Positions 57,751 to 64,000 of a DNA stretch of 64,000 nucleotides are shown piece after piece (the first letter of the stretch is position 1; each line of letters opens with the position of its first letter). Made by a program: the position numbers and the translations under genes. The DNA comes from Candidatus Saccharimonadia bacterium. Its GTDB lineage: Bacteria > Patescibacteriota > Saccharimonadia > UBA4664. The stretch is taken from contig JBGTMQ010000004.1 of the NCBI GenBank assembly GCA_041743505.1, positions 3,602 to 67,601 on the forward strand, read 5' to 3'. Under the pieces are notes generated by a model, which made no database searches, was not told where the DNA came from, and worked only from the letters and a program-made list of their open reading frames with translations.

Positions 57751-58065
57751 ATGACTCCTCAGGAAGCCTACATGCTGCTGACGCTCGGGATTTTCAAATG
57801 CGCCCTGATCTCCGCCTTCGGCTTGGGATTGATCCGCGAGAACTCCGCTGATAAGTCAGCGGGCATTAGCTGCCTTGTCAGCGGAGTTCTCCTCATAGGA
57901 GCACTTCTCTTGCTCTCCCCATACAGCCCGGCCTATGCGGGCGACAATTGGGTCGCCGGCCTGTTTGCTGCATCAATGTCTGTCGTAGCCCTAGTCACCA
58001 TGGTGGCAGGATGCTACGTTTTACCGGCACTGAACAAGCGCAAACCCGCACCCTTCGCCGCCTAA
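57751..58065 (+). CDS. small 3-TM membrane protein, divergent member 3
   Basis: Start at Met MTPQEAY after a GAAAGG Shine-Dalgarno. Same three-TM architecture. Confidence 0.5.
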   Translation: MTPQEAYMLLTLGIFKCALISAFGLGLIRENSADKSAGISCLVSGVLLIGALLLLSPYSPAYAGDNWVAGLFAASMSVVALVTMVAGCYVLPALNKRKPAPFAA

Positions 58066-58308
58066 CAACCACAGGGCCCACGAATCGGATCGATTCGTGG
58101 GCCCTACCCATCGGTGCGTTCATCCTCAGCATCACGCAACGTGCATTTGGATGCTGCGACCCACACCCCACCGCCGGCCAGGGCACATCATCAAGCACTA
58201 ACCCGCATACAGACGTACCCCCTAGGGCCTGTCGAGAACCATTCTCGGCAGGCCCCCTTTCTCTCCACCGATGAGCGAAAACCACATCATCTGCTACACT
58301 ATAATTCA

Positions 58309-58875
58309 ATGACTGCCAAGGACATCATCACCATCCCCAACCCCGTGCTGCGCCAAAAAAGCCGGCGGATTGGTCATGTCGACGCATCGGTCCAAGAGCT
58401 GGCCGAACAAATGATCAAAGCCACCCTGGACTGGGAAGCCAGCCGCGAACATGAGTTTGGCGCCGCCTTAGCTGCCGTCCAAATCGCCCAGCTCTTCCGC
58501 ATTGTCGTCATCCGCAGCGACTTTGACGATAAAGCCAACAAAGAATTCAGTGTCTTCATCAACCCGGAAATCGTAAAATATGAAGGCACCCTCGTGTCAG
58601 AGCTCGAGGGCTGCCTCAGCGTCAAGGATATTTACGGTTCCGTCGAGCGCTATCCCAAGGTAAAAATTAAAGCCCTCAACCTTAACGGGCAACCCATTCG
58701 CGTTACCGCCACCGGATTCTTAGCCCGCGTCTTCCAGCATGAAATCGACCATACCAACGGCATCGTCTTCGTCGACCGCGTATCCGACCCCCGCAAACTC
58801 TACCGGCTCGACATCAGCGGCAAATTCAGCCCACTCGGTCACCATGAGCACACCGGGTCAAACCCGGTCAGCTAA
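58309..58875 (+). CDS. def: peptide deformylase
   Basis: Start MTAKDIITIPNP. Motifs GAALAAVQ, EGCLS and QHEIDH. TATAAT at 58299-58304 implies a near-leaderless transcript. Confidence 0.85.
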   Translation: MTAKDIITIPNPVLRQKSRRIGHVDASVQELAEQMIKATLDWEASREHEFGAALAAVQIAQLFRIVVIRSDFDDKANKEFSVFINPEIVKYEGTLVSELEGCLSVKDIYGSVERYPKVKIKALNLNGQPIRVTATGFLARVFQHEIDHTNGIVFVDRVSDPRKLYRLDISGKFSPLGHHEHTGSNPVS

Positions 58876-58878
58876 CCA

Positions 58879-59769
58879 ATGAGCAGCGAACCCAGCATCG
58901 TTTTTTTTGGCACCGGCCCCGTCAGCCGGCAATGCCTCGATGGTATTGCCGGCCACTTCGATTTGGAAGCCATTATCACCAAGCCAGACAGTGTTTCACC
59001 CCATGGCCGCACGCACCCGACCCCCGTCAAGGATTGGGCGGGAGAACATAACATCCCACTTCACCAGCCCGCAGACAAATCCGAATTAGCTGCACTCGTC
59101 ACCCCGGGCCATTTTACCAGCCGGGCCGGCCTGGTAGTTGATTACGGCCTAATCATACCCGAATCAGTTATTGCCACCTTCCCGCTTGGCATCATCAACA
59201 GCCACTTCTCGCTCCTGCCCGAATGGCGCGGCGCCGACCCTATCACCTTTGCCCTTCTCAGCGGGCAACCCGTCACTGGTGTCAGTCTCATGCGTATCGT
59301 CCCCACCCTCGACGAAGGCGACCTCCTCGCTCAAACCGAGTACCCGCTTCCACCCGGTATCACTATCAGCGTCCTCACTCAGGCTCTCGGTAGCCTAAGC
59401 AACGAGCTGCTCATATCCAAACTACCTGACTACTTAGACGGAATACTTCAGCCCTACCCCCAGGACAGCTCTAAACCCATCACGTATTCACGTAAGCTCA
59501 CCAAAGCCGACGGCACTATCGATTGGACTAAGCCGGCCGCACGACTCGAACGCGAGATCCGCGCCTACCAGGGTTGGCCCGGCAGCCGCACCACTCTCGA
59601 AGACACCGAGGTCACCATCACGGCTGCCCACACTTCAAACACCCCCCGCGAACCGCTCGCTTGTCCTACCAGCGACGGCTATCTGGTCATCGACCGGCTC
59701 AAGCCGGCCGGCAAACGCGAGATGTCGTCCGCCGAATTCCTGGCCGGACGGGCCAATCGCAAGGCTTAA
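58879..59769 (+). CDS. fmt: methionyl-tRNA formyltransferase
   Basis: 296 aa. Formyltransferase N- and C-domains. def-fmt order. Confidence 0.85.
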   Translation: MSSEPSIVFFGTGPVSRQCLDGIAGHFDLEAIITKPDSVSPHGRTHPTPVKDWAGEHNIPLHQPADKSELAALVTPGHFTSRAGLVVDYGLIIPESVIATFPLGIINSHFSLLPEWRGADPITFALLSGQPVTGVSLMRIVPTLDEGDLLAQTEYPLPPGITISVLTQALGSLSNELLISKLPDYLDGILQPYPQDSSKPITYSRKLTKADGTIDWTKPAARLEREIRAYQGWPGSRTTLEDTEVTITAAHTSNTPREPLACPTSDGYLVIDRLKPAGKREMSSAEFLAGRANRKA

Positions 59770-62048
59770 ATCTCACCGCCTCTCCGAGCCTTTTCACGAT
59801 TAAAATCAGCCAGGTTTTCCTCGGTCGCACCATATCGCTCATATACGCCACCCGGCCCACCAAGCCAAATATCGTTTGACCGTAAGTCCCTAAATCCATC
59901 CCGAAGCCCTTTCCAGAATCCCCGGTTACCTTTCCTGTCTTTCAACTGCGATAAGTCATTCTCACGCGACGTCATCACTGGGTCATTAAGTTCCGCCGGC
60001 GGTATGACATCACCACGGCGATGTTCCACTGGCTCCTTAGAGGTCAAAACTTGCTGGCTAATCAAGCGCCCGGTCCGACGGTCACGACGCTCTACCAAGG
60101 TCAAGTTATCCTCCCCCGCTTCAAAATGACTTTCTACTAGGCTGCTCCAGCCCTGCCCAGGCTTATTTGCATAATGGCGTTCACGGTATGGCAATGGCTC
60201 AGCCCTCAGAGCCTGCCGGCGCGCTATCGCCTCATCCTCAAATGCAAGCGCTACCCCAATATCATCGAGAGCTTCGGCTGGCGCCCTGATCGTCTTCTCC
60301 CAACTTTCACCATTCCTCAAGTGCTTAGTTGCCTCATCGACAACCTCAGCTACTCGTTTGGCCAATTCCACCTGACGGGTTTTTTCAGCCTGCACTGCCG
60401 CCTCACCACGACCTTGCAGTTCTTTGACCTGACGGTCACGCTCAGCCCGCAACGTCTTCGCCAGTTCCGGCTTCGAGTCCGCTTCAGCCTGCCGTATCTG
60501 GTCTTCAAATGAAGCATTCAAGTCTGCTATTTCATTATGAAACCGCTGCCAAATCTCAGATTGCGCCCGGGCCTCGGGATCCATTGCCAAAGCCTCATCA
60601 TGGTCCGACTCTCGAAGAGCCTCATACCGGTTCCAGTTAAACTCATGAGTTTCACGGTCAGCAGTCGCCTTGATATTATCAGCATAACTGTCATAAGCCT
60701 TAATTTGATCATCTTTTATCTTCGCGGCTTTTTCCGCCTTATCACGAGCCTCTTTCTCGGCTTCTATCGCCTTTTTATCTGCTTTTCCCACCCGCTTCAT
60801 ATCTTCAATATCCAAATAATCTTCAGCCAACTGATCTGCCGCCTTCGCCCGGGCCACCGGGTCAAACGGATGCTGGTCCCGATTCTTGCCGCCAGCCCGC
60901 TTATCCACGATTATTTCTGCAATATCAATCGATGGGTTATCCGTAAACTTGTTACCCGACCCAAATAATGACTCCGAACGCGGCGACTCACCCGATCCAG
61001 AACGCCCCGTCCCACCCGGTCCGCCCGTACTCGTGGCAGCATCCACAGCCGCCCGGGCCACATCAACAGCTCTATGCGGCCTATTGGCCCGGGCTTGCTC
61101 TGCCGCACTCATATCATCATCGAATTGCCAAGGACGACTTCGGCTCTCCAGAGCATCAAGCCGGGCACTTGTCACCTTCCCTGCCCCAGGATGTGCAGGC
61201 TTACCCCGCCGCCCAGACTTGCCCCGGTCCGCCTTAGCCGTCTGCTCACCCCGGTTCAATCTGTCCAGCTCTCGCTGCTCAGCCGCCGACACGGCCGGCT
61301 GCTCAGCCACCTGGCGCAGTCTATGCCGTCCACCTTCCTCCACCCGATGAGCCGCCAATTTGTCGCCTTCCTGCGGATCTACTACTCCACCAGCCACCAC
61401 CGCTTGAGTCCGCTCCGCCGCAGCTTCAGCCTGCGCCAAGGCCCGCCCCAATGGGGTATCAGATTCAGCATCCCCTTGGGCCGCTACTAAGCCGCGCTCT
61501 TCCAGCCCGGCCCGAATAACTTCCAGTCGTGAATAGTTAGAGCTCGCTAGCCTTTCAGCCAATCGTGTATATTCTGCTTCATCAACTATGGCATGACCGG
61601 CCTTTAGATCATGAGGCAACTCACCCGCCGGCACCCCGTCTATAGCCGGAAGCTTTACACCACGGGTAGCTTTACTGCTAGCATCAACTACTGCTTCATA
61701 AATAGCAGCACCTTCTTTAGATACTCCAGCGTCAATGTCTCTCGCCGGTGTTAAATTTCCCCCGCCGCCACTCCGGCCTTTCTCTGGATCTTTAGGCCCA
61801 AGATACCCTTCCGCTGCCGCCTTTTGCAGCGCCAACATAATGTTATTAACATCTCCCCCAGACGACTCAATCTGATGAATAATTTCTGCAGCAGGCATCG
61901 TCTCTGCCTCACCCGGTGCAGGCTGAGACTGCCCCATGTCTGCACGCAGTTGCTTTAATGCCGGATTATCACCCAAAGACTCCATGAGCCTCGCCTGCTC
62001 AAACCCCTCAGATCCCTCCGCTCCGGTATGTTCACTCTCCCTAGCCAA
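59766..62048 (-). CDS. large hydrophilic hypothetical protein (Ala/Glu/Arg/Asp-rich, no TM, no signal peptide)
   Basis: 760-aa ORF with consistent coding, low-complexity charged segments and predicted helical regions. Confidence 0.55.
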   Translation of the reverse strand: MARESEHTGAEGSEGFEQARLMESLGDNPALKQLRADMGQSQPAPGEAETMPAAEIIHQIESSGGDVNNIMLALQKAAAEGYLGPKDPEKGRSGGGGNLTPARDIDAGVSKEGAAIYEAVVDASSKATRGVKLPAIDGVPAGELPHDLKAGHAIVDEAEYTRLAERLASSNYSRLEVIRAGLEERGLVAAQGDAESDTPLGRALAQAEAAAERTQAVVAGGVVDPQEGDKLAAHRVEEGGRHRLRQVAEQPAVSAAEQRELDRLNRGEQTAKADRGKSGRRGKPAHPGAGKVTSARLDALESRSRPWQFDDDMSAAEQARANRPHRAVDVARAAVDAATSTGGPGGTGRSGSGESPRSESLFGSGNKFTDNPSIDIAEIIVDKRAGGKNRDQHPFDPVARAKAADQLAEDYLDIEDMKRVGKADKKAIEAEKEARDKAEKAAKIKDDQIKAYDSYADNIKATADRETHEFNWNRYEALRESDHDEALAMDPEARAQSEIWQRFHNEIADLNASFEDQIRQAEADSKPELAKTLRAERDRQVKELQGRGEAAVQAEKTRQVELAKRVAEVVDEATKHLRNGESWEKTIRAPAEALDDIGVALAFEDEAIARRQALRAEPLPYRERHYANKPGQGWSSLVESHFEAGEDNLTLVERRDRRTGRLISQQVLTSKEPVEHRRGDVIPPAELNDPVMTSRENDLSQLKDRKGNRGFWKGLRDGFRDLRSNDIWLGGPGGVYERYGATEENLADFNREKARRGGEI

Positions 62049-62105
62049 CGCAAAAAACCCCAGATACGTTATTACCTGAAATTATAACATAAGAGCTATT
62101 GTAAG

Positions 62106-62435
62106 CTATAAATCTTTGAGTAAGCGGTCAATCTCGGCTGCATAAGCGCCACCCGTGTCAGCCCTAAAGTGCAAATGAGGCACAAACTTCGTCACCATTT
62201 TCTTAGCCAAGGCACTTTGGAACTCGCTATGGTAGCGGTTCAAGTCCTCCATGGTCTGCTCCTGCTCACTCTCTGCCCCAAGCAATCCAAACCAAACCGT
62301 AGCATTACGCAAATCAGGCGCCGCATCCACCCGCGTCACCGTAATCCTGGCCGCTGCCGGCCCGAACTGCTCAGTCACGGCTAGAGCCACCACCTGCTGA
62401 ATCAAACTCTCAACTTTTGCAACGCGCTGGCTCAT
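62106..62435 (-). CDS. rbfA: ribosome-binding factor A
   Basis: 109 aa. ..RVAKVESLIQQVVA... is typical of RbfA. Downstream of infB. Confidence 0.85.
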   Translation of the reverse strand: MSQRVAKVESLIQQVVALAVTEQFGPAAARITVTRVDAAPDLRNATVWFGLLGAESEQEQTMEDLNRYHSEFQSALAKKMVTKFVPHLHFRADTGGAYAAEIDRLLKDL

Positions 62436-62480
62436 TTAATTACTCCTAGGTTAAGCCGTCAGGTGCGCTCACAGGCATGC

Positions 62481-64000
62481 TTATAACGTTCGGGCGTGTT
62501 CTTCGCGGGTATAGAATTCGATGCGGTCACCCAATTCAACAACCGCATTGGTCGCCACGCTCATGCCGCAGGTCTCACCCTCAAAGGCCTCACGCGCGGC
62601 TTGCTTGTCTTTTTGCAAGCTAGTCAGGGTACCCTCGCCCACCACTTCACCTCCGCGCTTAATGCGGAATGTTTGGCCTGGCTCAATGCGGCCGCGCGCG
62701 ACGGTACCACCACAAACCACACTCGTTTTAGAAGATTTAAAGACGCCCTTGATCTCCAGCTCACCCACAATGGTCTCAACCACCTCGGGTGCCAGCATTT
62801 GGCCTAGAGCATCGCGCAAATCATCAATTAGTTCGTAAATAACTTTGTAAAGTCGTACTGGCACACCTTCGCGGTTAGCCAACGACTTTAGGCTGGAGCT
62901 CATGCCCACATTGAAGCCAATCAACAGTGCCCCAGCCGTTTTAGCAAACGCGATGTCCGACTCAGCAATGTCACCAACTGCCGACGACACAACCTTCACG
63001 GCCACTTCATCGTTGCGCAATTGGTCCAAGCTCTCCATGAGCGATTCAAGCGAACCCTGAACATCGGTTTTAAGCACTATGTTAAACTCGCTAACATTAC
63101 CAGCCGTAATCGCTGCCGACAATGCCGAAGCATCAATCCGCTTAATACCCAGGCTCTTGGCCTGCTCCCGGCGAACCGCCGCCGCTACACCATCACGGGC
63201 TGCTTTCTCGGTAGCCTCCGTGCGGTAAACATCACCAAAGGCCGGTACAGCCTTAAAGCCCATTACCACCGCCGGCATACCCGGATGTGCCACTGGAATA
63301 CGCTTGCCACGATAGTCAGTCAGATTGCGTACCTTGGCGTATGTACTGCCGGCCACCAAATGATCGCCCTGTTTAAGTTCACCGTGTTGCACCAACACGG
63401 TCGCAACCGGCCCCCGCCCCACGTCCAAATGCGACTCAATGATCACGCCAGTACTCGGACCGGTCGGGCGAGCCCGCAGGTCCTCAATATCGGCAACCAG
63501 CAGCACCAGATCAAGCAGCTTGTCGATGTGCTGGCCGCTCCGGGCCGACACATCCACCGTTACCGTCTGGCCACCCCAATCCTCAGGCTGCAGGCCAAGC
63601 TCAGTCAGCTCTTGCCGCACTCGAACCGGGTCAGCCCCCTCTTTGTCAATTTTATTGACAGCCACCACGATCTGCACGCCGGCTTCTTTGGCGTGACGGA
63701 TGGCCTCTTTGGTTTGCGGCTTAACACCGTCATCGGCTGCCACTACTATAATGGCCACATCAGTCATGCGCGCGCCATGCTGACGCAATGCACTAAAGGC
63801 CTCGTGACCTGGTGTATCCAAAAACGTAATCCAGCGGTCATTGCGCTTAATCTGATAAGCACCTATGTGCTGCGTAATACCGCCGGCCTCTTTCGCAGCT
63901 ACAGCGCTCGAGCGGATTGCATCAAGCAGCGAGGTCTTGCCGTGATCTACGTGGCCCATTACTGCCACAATTGGCGGCCGCGCCTCACCTTCTTCACCCT
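62481..64000 (-). CDS. infB: translation initiation factor IF-2 (C-terminal about 500 aa; gene continues past the window end)
   Basis: G domain VMGHVDHGKTSLLD, DTPGH, NKID. The ORF stays open to the window edge. Confidence 0.9.
   Translation of the reverse strand, partial: GEEGEARPPIVAVMGHVDHGKTSLLDAIRSSAVAAKEAGGITQHIGAYQIKRNDRWITFLDTPGHEAFSALRQHGARMTDVAIIVVAADDGVKPQTKEAIRHAKEAGVQIVVAVNKIDKEGADPVRVRQELTELGLQPEDWGGQTVTVDVSARSGQHIDKLLDLVLLVADIEDLRARPTGPSTGVIIESHLDVGRGPVATVLVQHGELKQGDHLVAGSTYAKVRNLTDYRGKRIPVAHPGMPAVVMGFKAVPAFGDVYRTEATEKAARDGVAAAVRREQAKSLGIKRIDASALSAAITAGNVSEFNIVLKTDVQGSLESLMESLDQLRNDEVAVKVVSSAVGDIAESDIAFAKTAGALLIGFNVGMSSSLKSLANREGVPVRLYKVIYELIDDLRDALGQMLAPEVVETIVGELEIKGVFKSSKTSVVCGGTVARGRIEPGQTFRIKRGGEVVGEGTLTSLQKDKQAAREAFEGETCGMSVATNAVVELGDRIEFYTREEHARTL

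Noticed and set aside
1-64000. CRISPR arrays, rRNA genes, tRNA genes
   Set aside because: No regularly spaced short repeats. No rRNA-like conserved stretches. I could not spot tRNA T-arm/acceptor patterns in any intergenic region by eye. A tRNAscan/Infernal run would be needed to be sure.

Overview
The window reads as a gene-dense chromosomal segment, about 55-58% GC, from an uncultured small-genome bacterium. A CPR/Saccharibacteria-like lineage is my guess from gene content only; I did not verify it. Most genes are short, frequently overlap, and run on the minus strand.

Housekeeping backbone: rplU, ftsW/rodA-family, uppS, ileS (eukaryote-type), nrdJ-nrdR, ftsA-ftsZ, map-adk-dgkA-ybeY-yqeY-rpsU, hisS, rel, recJ, secDF, priA, def-fmt, and rbfA-infB (infB runs off the window end).

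Accessory patches worth a second look:
(1) 0.16-7.7 kb: a six-gene minus-strand locus of secreted or membrane-anchored surface proteins plus a divergent beta-solenoid repeat protein. Two paralogs and a third protein share N- and C-terminal motifs.
(2) 17.5-23.7 kb: a partly low-GC island. It holds a consensus-promoter orphan, a NUDIX hydrolase with Nudix_N_2 domain, an adjacent unknown+NYN nuclease gene pair, a TfoX_N-like pseudogene remnant, and a three-gene operon built around a 360-aa protein made of two arrays of 14-residue repeats. Two more orphan genes follow under a perfect sigma70 promoter.
(3) 29.26-30.26 kb: a roughly 0.9-kb insert carrying two small unknown genes, flanked by perfect 46-bp direct repeats that duplicate the 3-prime end of a flavodoxin-like gene.
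(4) Three separate tandem arrays of small membrane-protein paralogs. One array carries duplicated terminator hairpins.

I saw no rRNA, no obvious tRNA and no CRISPR array by eye. I mapped many intrinsic terminators and sigma70-like promoters directly from the sequence.
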